Positions 9,774 through 18,723 of a stretch of 64,000 nucleotides of DNA are shown here, piece after piece; position 1 is the stretch's first letter, and each line of letters begins with the position of its first letter. The notes below the pieces were generated by a model that saw only the letters and a list, made by a program, of their open reading frames with translations, did no database searches and had not been told where the DNA came from. The translations under genes and the position numbers were made by a program. Source of the DNA: an uncultured Acidobacteriota bacterium (GTDB lineage Bacteria > Acidobacteriota > UBA6911); assembly GCA_963827655.1 (NCBI GenBank), contig CAWHCF010000026.1:128001-192000 (forward strand). Reading direction: 5' to 3'.

Positions 9774-12036
9774 TACCGGTACCAAGATCCGTTCCGAGCA
9801 TCTCCAACGGAAAGCTTTTGTATACATACGACAGTCTTCACTCAGGCAAGTTCGAGACCATGTCGAGGGCAGAGTGAGGCAATATCAAATGGTGGACTGG
9901 GCCGAGCGAACAGGTTGGCCCAAAGAGCGTATCGTCGTGATTGACGAAGACCAGGGCAAAAGCGCAGCCGTGGCCGAGGCCCGCATTGGATTCGGACAGT
10001 TGATCACCGCGGTGGGCCGAGGCGAGGGGGGAATCGTAATCAGCCTGGAAGTTTCCCGCCTGGCGCGCAACAGCCCGGATTGGCACCACCTGATCTACCT
10101 CAGTCGCTGGACCGATACGCTCATCACGGATGGGGAAACGATCTACGATCCCAAGTTGAGCGCCGACCGCATGGTCTTAGGGATTCGCGGGCAGGTGAGC
10201 GAGCTCGAGCTTGACCATTCGATCCAGCGCATGATCGACGCTCGCTGGAACAAAGCTCGCCGTGGTGAACTGATGACGATCCCACCCGCGGGGTACGATC
10301 TGGATGAGCTGAATGAGCTGGTTCTCACGGTCGATGAATCTGTCTCTCACGCCATCAAGACGGTGTTCGCAAAACTGGATGAGCTGGGGAGCGGGAGGCA
10401 GGTGTTTTTGTGGTGGAAGCAACAGGGGCTGAAGTATCCTGTGCGCCGGGTGGAGTTGCGCACGCATCCCGTCGTGTGGCTGGAGCCGAACTACGGCATG
10501 ATCCTGAGGACCCTGCACAATCCTATATATGCCGGAGTCTACGTCTTTGGCCGCATCGAGACCGTGCGCGAGCTCGACCAGGACAATCCCAACCGGCTTC
10601 GAGTGCGCAGGGTTCAACGGCGGAATCCATGGCCGGTGTTGATCGAAGATCATCACGCGGCTTACGTTTCCTTCAAGAAGTATTTGAAGAATCAAGAGCT
10701 GCTTGGGAACAACGCGATGATGAAGGCACGTGCTACCAACAATGCCGGTGCGGCGCGCGAGGGCGAAGCCTTGCTGCAGGGCCTGGTTCGATGCGGCCGT
10801 TGTGGGCGGCCGATGACGGTCGGTTACGGCGGCAATCGTGCGGGCAAGTCCAGCCGAACGATGCAATATCGCTGTCAGGAATCCCGCAGCCGTGTGGGAG
10901 AGAGGGGTTGCCAAACGATTGGAGGGAAGCGCATCGATGCGGCGGTGGTGCAGGCGTTTTTGGAGGCAACGGCTTCGGCAGGGATCGCAGCCGTGGGCCA
11001 GATGCAAGAGCAGTTGCGGGCTGAGAACGAAGCCAGCGAGCGTGCTTGGGCGCTGCAAGTAGAAAAGGCCGAATACGAGGCGAAGCGAGCCGAGAGGCAA
11101 TTCCACGCCGCTGAGCCCGAGAATCGGCTTGTGGCTAGAGAGCTGGAGAGGAGATGGAACGAACGGCTGACGGAACTGGAAGTCGTACGACAAAAGGCGC
11201 AGGCGGCGCACCGGAAAATTCTCTGGCTCAACGAGGAGGAAATGGCGCGAGCCAAACAGTTGGCGGAGAACCTCCAAGAGGTCTGGCGCAGTGAGACGAC
11301 GGCCAATCGGGACCGCAAACGTCTGCTCCGCTGCCTCATCGAAGAGGTCCAGCTCACTACGGAAGAGACACGTTATCTGGTGCGCATTATCTGGAAGGGT
11401 GGAGCGGTCACCGAGCGAGAGGTGGTTCGACACCCGGCGGGCAGCGCTTTTACCAAGACATCAGAGGATGACATCGAGCTGGTACGGCAACTGGCTCGAG
11501 AGTTTGAAGACGCTCAGATTGCCCGAATTTTGAATAAGCAAGGGCGGCGCACCGGATTCGGTAATCCTTTCACGCAGGCGAATGTGCTGTCGCTGCGCGG
11601 CCGCCACCAGATCCCAAAGTGTCGAGCTTATCGAGCCAAAGATCCGAAAGAGGGCCCGTTCACCGCCGACGAAGCTGCGGCGGAACTCGGCGTAGCCATG
11701 AGCACGATTCACCGCTGGCTGCGCGAAGGGGTTTTAGCCGGAGAGCAAATGACGCCCGGAGCGCCATGGAGAATCGTGCTCAGTGATGACGTGCGCCGTA
11801 AGCTTTCCGGTGGCAATGCTCCGGAAGGTTGGGCAGGTCTGACCGAAGCCGCCAGAAGACTGGGCTTGTCCAAATCCCACGTTGTCTATCTAATCAAGAC
11901 CGGCCGGCTTGAAGCGATGCAGGTTGCTTTCCGCACTCGGCGAAGTTGGAGGATCAACCTGGACTCAGCCACGTGTGGCCGGCAAGCGGGGATGTTTGAC
12001 GAGAAGGGAAATGATGATTCCAAGGACGCGCAGTAG
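9754..12036 (+). CDS. Large serine recombinase (catalytic, recombinase, Zn-ribbon, coiled coil, C-terminal HTH repeats)
   Basis: AFVYIRQSS, EVSRLARN, LLQGLVRCGRCG..YRC, PENRLVARELERRW, two C-terminal HTHs; GTG start after an AAGGAG SD. Confidence 0.92.
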   Translation: MTNSKIDTGTKIRSEHLQRKAFVYIRQSSLRQVRDHVEGRVRQYQMVDWAERTGWPKERIVVIDEDQGKSAAVAEARIGFGQLITAVGRGEGGIVISLEVSRLARNSPDWHHLIYLSRWTDTLITDGETIYDPKLSADRMVLGIRGQVSELELDHSIQRMIDARWNKARRGELMTIPPAGYDLDELNELVLTVDESVSHAIKTVFAKLDELGSGRQVFLWWKQQGLKYPVRRVELRTHPVVWLEPNYGMILRTLHNPIYAGVYVFGRIETVRELDQDNPNRLRVRRVQRRNPWPVLIEDHHAAYVSFKKYLKNQELLGNNAMMKARATNNAGAAREGEALLQGLVRCGRCGRPMTVGYGGNRAGKSSRTMQYRCQESRSRVGERGCQTIGGKRIDAAVVQAFLEATASAGIAAVGQMQEQLRAENEASERAWALQVEKAEYEAKRAERQFHAAEPENRLVARELERRWNERLTELEVVRQKAQAAHRKILWLNEEEMARAKQLAENLQEVWRSETTANRDRKRLLRCLIEEVQLTTEETRYLVRIIWKGGAVTEREVVRHPAGSAFTKTSEDDIELVRQLAREFEDAQIARILNKQGRRTGFGNPFTQANVLSLRGRHQIPKCRAYRAKDPKEGPFTADEAAAELGVAMSTIHRWLREGVLAGEQMTPGAPWRIVLSDDVRRKLSGGNAPEGWAGLTEAARRLGLSKSHVVYLIKTGRLEAMQVAFRTRRSWRINLDSATCGRQAGMFDEKGNDDSKDAQ

Positions 12037-12499
12037 GGTTGCCGCCGAAGGTCAAAGCAGGGCGGTGATCGGAGAAACACCTGTGGGCATGGCGCAGGAT
12101 ATTGTGAGCAGTTACGAGCGTCGGCTGGAAAAAACCACTCGATAAGGCTCTGAAAGTAGACAGGCGATTAGAGGCGATGCAGCCGAAGCCAGCCTTGGGA
12201 AACAGAGCGAAGCAACATTGGAAGACACCTTGTTGTCCGGCAGTTTGCGCCAGCCGATTTATCTGGGCATCGAGATTGCGATCCTAAAAGGGTATGCTCA
12301 ATTCCAGCGAGGTCACCGTGAGCAGGCAAACTCGACGTTACCTATTTGGTCAAAACTTTGTGGTGCGAATGAACTCGGAAACCAAACCACCTTGCAAAAC
12401 AGAAGAATCAATGTGAATGCAGGCGCTTGCAGCCGGCAAGTGGAGAGATTTTACCAAATGACAAACACCAATATCAGGGAGGCGTAGTATGCACGGGAC

Positions 12500-12690
12500 A
12501 ACGGCTTCGCCCGCGAACGTTGCCCTCCGTCAGCCAGTAGGTGCCCACGGTCAACGCCGGGAACGAGAACGCTCCGTCCCGGGTGTTCATATCGGTTCGG
12601 GTGAAGCCGGCGTCCTGGTTCAGCACGGTAACCTTAGCCGGCGGGCATCGAGGGCGCCAGTCGCATCCACCACGATGCCTCCCCGGCCAA
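12500..12690 (-). pseudogene. Short N-terminal fragment of a TonB-dependent receptor (carboxypeptidase-regulatory-like domain)
   Basis: AKVTVLNQDAGFTRT..DGAFSFPALTVGTYWLT, similar to the start of the TBDR at 56167. Confidence 0.6.
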
Positions 12691-12765
12691 ATCAAGGGTG
12701 AACTGTCCGAGACAAGAAGAAGCTTGGTCGTCTTCCTTTCAGGAGGCTCCCTAATACCCTAGGTT

Positions 12766-12812
12766 TTCGGGGTCCTTCAGGTTTTTTCAGCATTCTTCAG
12801 CCGGACTTTCAG
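12766..12812. promoter_or_regulatory. Helically phased TTCAG direct repeats, putative transcription-factor array
   Basis: TTCGG 12766, TTCAG 12776, 12786, 12796 (10-bp period) and 12808. Confidence 0.45.
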
Positions 12813-13169
12813 GACTTTGGGATCAGGCCATTATATACGTGACAATGCTCCCCACATAACAATAAGCCGGTATCCGATGGTGCTGTTGGCAAAGGCTGGC
12901 CATGCGATCGACGCAAACCGCGCGGATATTCAAGTTCCCGACAGAAACCAATTAGGCTATTAGAGCTCGGGTCTCTTCGTCCCGACATTCGTCAAGCAAT
13001 TGGGTTTTGCGAAAGGCGTATCTCGCTTGCATGGCAAGCTCCTTCTGTGACGCCTACGTTTTGGTCAATCACAGAAGTGACTCCTATACAACGGCTTAGG
13101 CCATATCAACCCGTAAAGACAGTCGAACTACGCGATCAGCGTGTAGTCTCGACAGCAGAAAGGTGTTTT

Positions 13170-14546
13170 ATGCGCTCACGTAAACGGTTAGTACCCGTTA
13201 TGGCCCTTGTGGCCGCCGTATTCACCCAACTACCCAGTTCGCTGGATCCTAAGACTCAAGCCGCATTCGCGGCTCCGGCCGACGGCGACGCAGTCACCGT
13301 CTGGAACGCAAACGCCGGCGCGGCCGCCACTGCGGCATGCATAGCTCCTCTCGACAACCCACTCCACGAATCGCGTATGTACGCAATGATGCACGTAGCC
13401 ATCCACGATGCACTGAATGCTATCGATCGCCGGTCTCGTCCTTACACTTTCGACATGCAGGCGAGACCAGGCGCTTCTCCGGATGCCGCAGTTGCTGCGG
13501 CGGCACGAGATGTCCTGGTTCCGCTCATCGGTCAACTCCCTCTTGAGCTCGTCTCCCAGTCTTGCATCGATGCAGGCATTGCACGCGTCGAAGCCGACTA
13601 TACCGCGGCGCTTGCCGCCATCCGCGACAGTCCGGCCAAGGCGCAGGGTATCGCGGTGGGACAGGCCGCGGCGGCGGTGATCCTCGCTCTGAGAGCCGAG
13701 GACGGGGCGCAGTTGGACCAGTTTCTTAATCCCAGCTGCCCGCAGGATACTAATCCCGGCGAGTACCAGTGCACACCAGGTACCCCGTTCATCGCCTTTG
13801 AGGGATGGGAAAATGTTGACCCCTTCGTTCTGAATCACAGCTCACAGTTCCGTCCGGGGCCGCCCTACGCAGTGGACAAGAAGAAGTACACGGCTGACTT
13901 CAACGAAGTGAAATCTCTCGGCGGTGATGGCATGACCACTCCCAGCGCACGCACTGCCGACCAGACCGAAATCGCCCTCTACTGGTGGGAAAGCTCCCCG
14001 CTGAAGTGGAACCGAATTGCAAGAATCGTCTCCGGCCAGACCCGGCTCGACCTGTGGGAGAACGCGCGGCTATTCGGCCTGCTCAATTTGGCGCTTGCGG
14101 ATGGCTACATCGCCATGGTCTCTACCAAGAACCATTACAACTACTGGCGACCGGTCACCGCTATTCAGACCGGGGACACGGACGGCAATCCAGACACGAC
14201 CGGTGACCCGCGCTGGACACCGTTGCGCGGGACTCCTCCGAACCAGGACTACGCCTCGGGTCACTCAATCGAAGGGGGTGCGGGTGCTGAAGTGCTGAAG
14301 CAGTTCTTCGGCACCGACCGGATCAGCTTCCAGGACTGTAGCGTGACGCTACCTGCCGGTAGCACCTGCAGCGATAGGTCACCAAAGCTCCGCTCGTATA
14401 CCAGCTTCTCCCAGGCGGCAGTCGAGAATGCGTACTCGCGCATCCTCATTGGGTTCCACTTCCGCAAATCGATCGAAGAAGGGACCGATTACGGTCGAAA
14501 AATTGGCAAGCGTGCCGCCAATCTCTACCTCCGGCCTGTGCACTGA
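13170..14546 (+). CDS. Vanadium-dependent haloperoxidase / PAP2-superfamily secreted protein
   Basis: KNHYNYWRP, PPNQDYASGH and SRILIGFHF active-site motifs; signal-like N-terminus; GAAAGG SD. Confidence 0.85.
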   Translation: MRSRKRLVPVMALVAAVFTQLPSSLDPKTQAAFAAPADGDAVTVWNANAGAAATAACIAPLDNPLHESRMYAMMHVAIHDALNAIDRRSRPYTFDMQARPGASPDAAVAAAARDVLVPLIGQLPLELVSQSCIDAGIARVEADYTAALAAIRDSPAKAQGIAVGQAAAAVILALRAEDGAQLDQFLNPSCPQDTNPGEYQCTPGTPFIAFEGWENVDPFVLNHSSQFRPGPPYAVDKKKYTADFNEVKSLGGDGMTTPSARTADQTEIALYWWESSPLKWNRIARIVSGQTRLDLWENARLFGLLNLALADGYIAMVSTKNHYNYWRPVTAIQTGDTDGNPDTTGDPRWTPLRGTPPNQDYASGHSIEGGAGAEVLKQFFGTDRISFQDCSVTLPAGSTCSDRSPKLRSYTSFSQAAVENAYSRILIGFHFRKSIEEGTDYGRKIGKRAANLYLRPVH

Positions 14547-14699
14547 GTTGTGCGCGAGGTCTCACCATTCGGGGTGGGGTGTGGATGGCTTCGCTGACGA
14601 ACTGAATGGCAGCTTCTACTCACAACTCACCCAAACAAACTTTAGGCCCTCGCCTGAGAAATGAAAGGAGCACCACAATGAAACGGACTCAAAATCGCC
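14448..14699 (+). repeat. ~250-bp imperfect direct repeat, copy 1 (haloperoxidase 3' end, spacer, RBS, first codons of the next gene)
   Basis: Aligns end to end with 16292-16545. Confidence 0.95.
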
Positions 14700-16034
14700 A
14701 TCCCCTGAACGATCAGGACCTGTCCCGCCGTGCCTTGTTGAAGGGAGGGGGTGCCGCCCTGGCCGGCCTGTCGGTGCTGCAGCTGGCAGGTCCGGCGGAC
14801 GCTTTCCCTGGGCAAGCCGATAAGGGGGACGACGCCCCCTGGGACGACGAACGGCCCACAACGAGGGACGACTACCCGGGCCAACCTGGCGACGAGGTCA
14901 TCAGGTGGACGGATCAGCCTCCCCCGCTCCCGTTCCCGCCCCCCCACCCCCCCCAGTTGGTGTGGGAAGAGCTCGACACACGGTGGATTCCCAACGACGA
15001 GTTCCATGTCGTCAGCCACTATGACCAACCTGTGCTTAGCGCGCAGGACTGGCGTCTCGCCATCGATGGTCTGGTTCGTCATCCCCGAAGGCTGTCTCTG
15101 GCCGACCTCAAGGTCCGACCGCGCCGCGACGTCGAGTTCACCCTCGAGTGCTCGGGCAACACCGGCTTTCCCTTCGTAAGCGGCTTCGTCGGCAACGCCA
15201 TATGGGCTGGCGCAGAGCTCGCCTCGCTGTTGAAGGAGGCTGACGTTCTCGACGAGGCCACCGAGGTAGTGTTCTGGGGCGCCGACCGCGGGAGGGTGAC
15301 GATCCGCGACAACGTCGGAGTGCTCGGGGGCGGCAACACCGGGGTCGTCGTCGACGATGGTGAAGGCGGTCTCGATCTAACGATCACGGAACAGTTCGCC
15401 CGCAGCATGTCGCTCAAAGACGCGCTGGGCCGCGCCAACCTGCTGTGTTACGAGATGAACGGCGAACCCCTCCCCGCCGCGCACGGTTTCCCCGTCCGCC
15501 TGATCGCCCCGGGCTGGTACGGGGTTGCCAACGTCAAGTGGCTAACCCGCATCCAGGTGGTCGACCGGCGCTACCAGGGTCGTTTCATGGCCCGTGACTA
15601 TGTCACGATCCGTGAGCTCAAAGACCCCAACGGTCAGGTAGTCTGGACGATCACGAGCGTCGGGCTCGGCCGGCTCAAGTCGGCACCGGCGAAGGTCGTT
15701 CGTCGTGACGGCCGGTACACGATCATCGGCGTAGCCTGGGGCGCTCCCATCAGCCGCGTCGAGGTCAAGATCGACGATCGGGACTGGACCGCTGCGACGC
15801 TGTACGGCCGCCAGCCACGTAATCGTGGCTCACGGGGCTACGCCTGGAGATTCTGGACGTTCGACTGGGGGACGCCCACACCGGGACCACACTCGGTTGC
15901 GTCCCGCGCGATTCGACGTCGACGGGAACGTCCAGCCGACGCCTGATGACCCCGTCATTGCCGCGAGGAGGACGTTCTGGGAGAACAACGGGCAGATCAC
16001 CCGGCGGATCGCCATCCCCGCGGGGGCGCGGTGA
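14678..16034 (+). CDS. Tat-exported sulfite-oxidase-family molybdoenzyme (one frameshift near 15910)
   Basis: SRRALLK Tat motif; LECSGN, GNAIWAG, MNGEPLPAAHGFPVRLIAPGWYGVANVKWL; C-terminus DVDGNVQP.. in another frame. Confidence 0.85.
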
Positions 16035-16081
16035 ACGACCGGGACACGATCATGATCGTTGGGCCGAGCCCGGCGACCGCG

Positions 16082-16285
16082 TCAGAAGTCGAAGCCGCCG
16101 TGTCCTCCCGTGCGATCGGCCAGTAGGCCGGCCAGCGTAGCGATGGCGATCTCGGCCGGCGTGCGCGACCCGATTTTCAGCCCGATGGGTTAGTGGACGC
16201 GGGCGATCTGCTCGGCCGGCACGCCCAGCGACTCCCGCGCGGCGATGTGAGGCACGGTGTGGCGGGGCTGCCCATGATCCCGACC
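16082..16285 (-). pseudogene. XdhC/CoxI-family C-terminal fragment
   Basis: LGVPAEQIARVH*PIGLKIGSRTPAEIAIATLAGLLA on the minus strand. Confidence 0.7.
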
Positions 16286-16291
16286 CACCGG

Positions 16292-16545
16292 ATTGGGTTC
16301 CACTTCCGCAAATCGATTGAAGAAGGAACCGACTACGGTCGAAAAATTGGCAAGCGTGCCGCCAATCGCTACCTCAGGCCTGTGCACTGAGTTGTGCGCG
16401 CGCTCTCACCATTCGGGGCGGGGTGTGGATGGCTTCGCTGACGAACTGAATGGCAGCTTCTACTCACAACTCACCAAAACAAACCTTAGGCCCTCGCCTG
16501 AGAAACGAAAGGAGCACCACAATGAAACGGACTATCAAAATTGCC
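16292..16545 (+). repeat. ~250-bp imperfect direct repeat, copy 2
   Basis: Aligns with 14448-14699; carries an orphan haloperoxidase C-terminus IGFHFRKSIEEG..RPVH*. Confidence 0.95.
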
Positions 16546-17133
16546 CTGTTTACTGTAGCCCTGGCTATTCTCGCCGGCCTGCCCGGTTTCTTGCCCGGCT
16601 TCAGACCTCTGGTTGAACTGCAAGGTATTGTGAAGGCCGCCAATAAACATACCCTCACCTTCGATGTAGCGTGCGACTGCCGCATGGCCTCACCGGCATT
16701 CTTCGGTGGGAACCGAGGCGACGCGTGGATTGTTAGCGGCAAGATCTTTCCTGCCGGGACGCTTCCATCCGGAACCGCCACCAACGATCCGACCCTACCC
16801 GTCCGCGGAGTCGCCCCGATCGGCGAGTGGACCTGTCGCGGCCAAAGCGCTCTCCCATTTCCGCCCGCCGTCGCCGCGGCTTACAGCGCTACACCCTTCG
16901 CCTTCAACACCCAGTACTTCATCCTGAACGACGGCCGGGCGTTGACCGTAGAAGGATATGCACTTTCCGATCTAACCGGAGAGCGACTGTCGCTGACAGG
17001 TGGCATCGGCGGCTTCAGTGGCGCCGCCGGTGACGTCGAAGAAGGGCCAATCGGCACCAATGCCAGCACCAATGCCACCGGATGTCCGAACTTCCGCGCC
17101 ACGTTCACTATCCGGCCCGGCTCTGTGCATTAG
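16522..17133 (+). CDS. Secreted hypothetical protein (possible dirigent/allene-oxide-cyclase-like beta barrel)
   Basis: AAAGGAG SD, signal peptide, RGD..IVSGKIFP and LTGGIGGFSGAAG motifs; fold is a guess. Confidence 0.6.
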   Translation: MKRTIKIALFTVALAILAGLPGFLPGFRPLVELQGIVKAANKHTLTFDVACDCRMASPAFFGGNRGDAWIVSGKIFPAGTLPSGTATNDPTLPVRGVAPIGEWTCRGQSALPFPPAVAAAYSATPFAFNTQYFILNDGRALTVEGYALSDLTGERLSLTGGIGGFSGAAGDVEEGPIGTNASTNATGCPNFRATFTIRPGSVH

Positions 17134-17159
17134 AGGGGCCGCGAGTATGCTCGCTCGAC

Positions 17160-17310
17160 GACATCCTCGGTTCAGTGGGCCAGGCCGCCGCTGCGCTGGC
17201 CGAGGCACACGCCCGCGGCGTTGCACCGCGACATCAGGCCCTCGAACCTGGTGGTGTCGCAGGGGCGTTTGAAGATTCTCGATTTTCGGGCTGGCGCAGA
17301 TGCAACCGCG
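17160..17310 (+). pseudogene. Ser/Thr protein kinase catalytic-loop fragment
   Basis: ALAEAHARGV/HRDIRPSNLVV..LKILDF/GLA across frameshifts. Confidence 0.6.
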
Positions 17311-17422
17311 CCAGCCCGATGACTCGTTGACTTGGATTCGAGATGCAAAACGAACCCCTCGATGGGGGTCTCGGCGGCACGCCAAGCAGAGTGCGGCCGG
17401 CGTGCAGCTATTTCCGCGCGAG

Positions 17423-17459
17423 CCTTAGCGTTTCTTCGAGTCTTCGCTTTTTTGCGGTT
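17423..17459 (-). repeat. 9-bp-periodic repeat family copy
   Basis: Reverse complement AACCGCAAAAAAGCGAAGACTCGAAGAAACGCTAAGG. Confidence 0.65.
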
Positions 17460-18606
17460 GAGCCTTTTGCCGCTCGAAGTCTATCTGTTCGAAAAGAAAA
17501 AGTCCCGATTTCCCCGGGGCAACAATGTCCAGGTCGCCGTCACCGTCCAGGTCCAGAACCGGGATCTGCATGCCTCCTCCAGCTTTGCTTCCGAAGTCGA
17601 TGACGTGTTTCACGTAGGTTGAACCTGGAGTCGACCGATACCAGTACAGCCCGAGCGGTTCGTAGGCTCCGGGATCCGTATCGTGGGCCAGATAACGCTT
17701 GCCGGTTACGATATCAAGCTTCCCGTCTCCATCCATGTCGGCCAGAGTCAGGGCATGAGCTTGCGACCAGCTGTCGTCAATCAGGTGTTCCTGCCAGGAA
17801 CCGTTCCGGCTCTCCAGCCAGAATAGTCCGTAGTGATGACCGGCGCCGTAGATCAGGTCATTCTTGCCATCGCGGTTGACATCGTCGACGTAAAGCGGAC
17901 TGCATTGACCGCGAGGCGGCAACAAGCGAAAAGCCGGGTGATACTTCCAGGCGGGAGCTTCGAACCATCCATACGACGTCAGGATGTCCGGACGCCGGTC
18001 GCCGTTGAGATCCCCTGCCCCGATTCCGTGCAAACCCTTGACGTCCGGAACCGTTCCGACGACGTGCCGCACCCAATCACCCTTCGTGAAGGGCCGCGCG
18101 CGCTCGAACCAGACGACTTCCCCGCTGCTGCCGTAATTCGGGAGTATCTCCTCGGCTTTTCCGTCTCCGTTGATGTCGACTAGAAGGATCAGTTCATAAT
18201 TGAAACCGCTCTCGATGGGATGTTCTTTCCACAAAGAATCGCTGCTGCTCTTGCCCGGGTTCTGATACCAGGACATCTTTTTGCTGAACCAGGAGCTCGC
18301 GATCACATCGGGATAACCATCGTCATTAACATCCAAGGCGAAATTGCTGAGATCGTCGATGTAACCTGAAATGAATGGTATTTCTCGAATGCGGTGCTTC
18401 GTCCATTGAGGAGCTTCATACCAGTTTTCACCGGCAAAGATGTCCAGCCGGCCATCCTTGTTGATGTCGGCCACGGCCGCCGATTCGTTGGCCCCGCTGT
18501 CCAGCACGTGTTTGCGGAACATCGGCCAGCGTGGTTGCGCGTCATTCCTCTGCGGATAAAAGGAAAGAGCGCAGTAAAGCAGAAACAGCGTGATAATTTT
18601 CCTCAT
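17425..18606 (-). CDS. Secreted FG-GAP/VCBS-repeat protein
   Basis: Multiple DxNxDGxxD motifs, signal peptide. Confidence 0.85.
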   Translation of the reverse strand: MRKIITLFLLYCALSFYPQRNDAQPRWPMFRKHVLDSGANESAAVADINKDGRLDIFAGENWYEAPQWTKHRIREIPFISGYIDDLSNFALDVNDDGYPDVIASSWFSKKMSWYQNPGKSSSDSLWKEHPIESGFNYELILLVDINGDGKAEEILPNYGSSGEVVWFERARPFTKGDWVRHVVGTVPDVKGLHGIGAGDLNGDRRPDILTSYGWFEAPAWKYHPAFRLLPPRGQCSPLYVDDVNRDGKNDLIYGAGHHYGLFWLESRNGSWQEHLIDDSWSQAHALTLADMDGDGKLDIVTGKRYLAHDTDPGAYEPLGLYWYRSTPGSTYVKHVIDFGSKAGGGMQIPVLDLDGDGDLDIVAPGKSGLFLFEQIDFERQKAQPQKSEDSKKR

Positions 18607-18723
18607 AAATCGTTCCGCACCAGTTGCGGTATACAATATCCTAATTGAATTGTGTTGTCCGTAGTGGTTTTTGCGAGACGGGCGTCCGCCGCGTCTTCGC
18701 GTCTCAGTGGTGGAGGAGTTGCG

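Larger units (their letters stand above)
9261..12040 (+). mobile_element. Three-gene large serine recombinase element, copy B (apparently intact, ~2.8 kb)
   Basis: HP-motif ORF, small ORF and full-length LSR whose stop lies at the right end; microhomologies GTA (9260-62/12033-35) and AGGGT (9257-61/12035-39) at the ends. Confidence 0.8.

Noticed and set aside
14590-14620. Hammerhead ribozyme (CTGACGA core)
   Set aside because: No GAAA after the putative stem II.
14448-16545. Diversity-generating retroelement TR/VR pair
   Set aside because: Mismatches are not adenine-specific (C/T, G/A, T/C, T/G, C/A), most are synonymous, and no reverse transcriptase is in the window.
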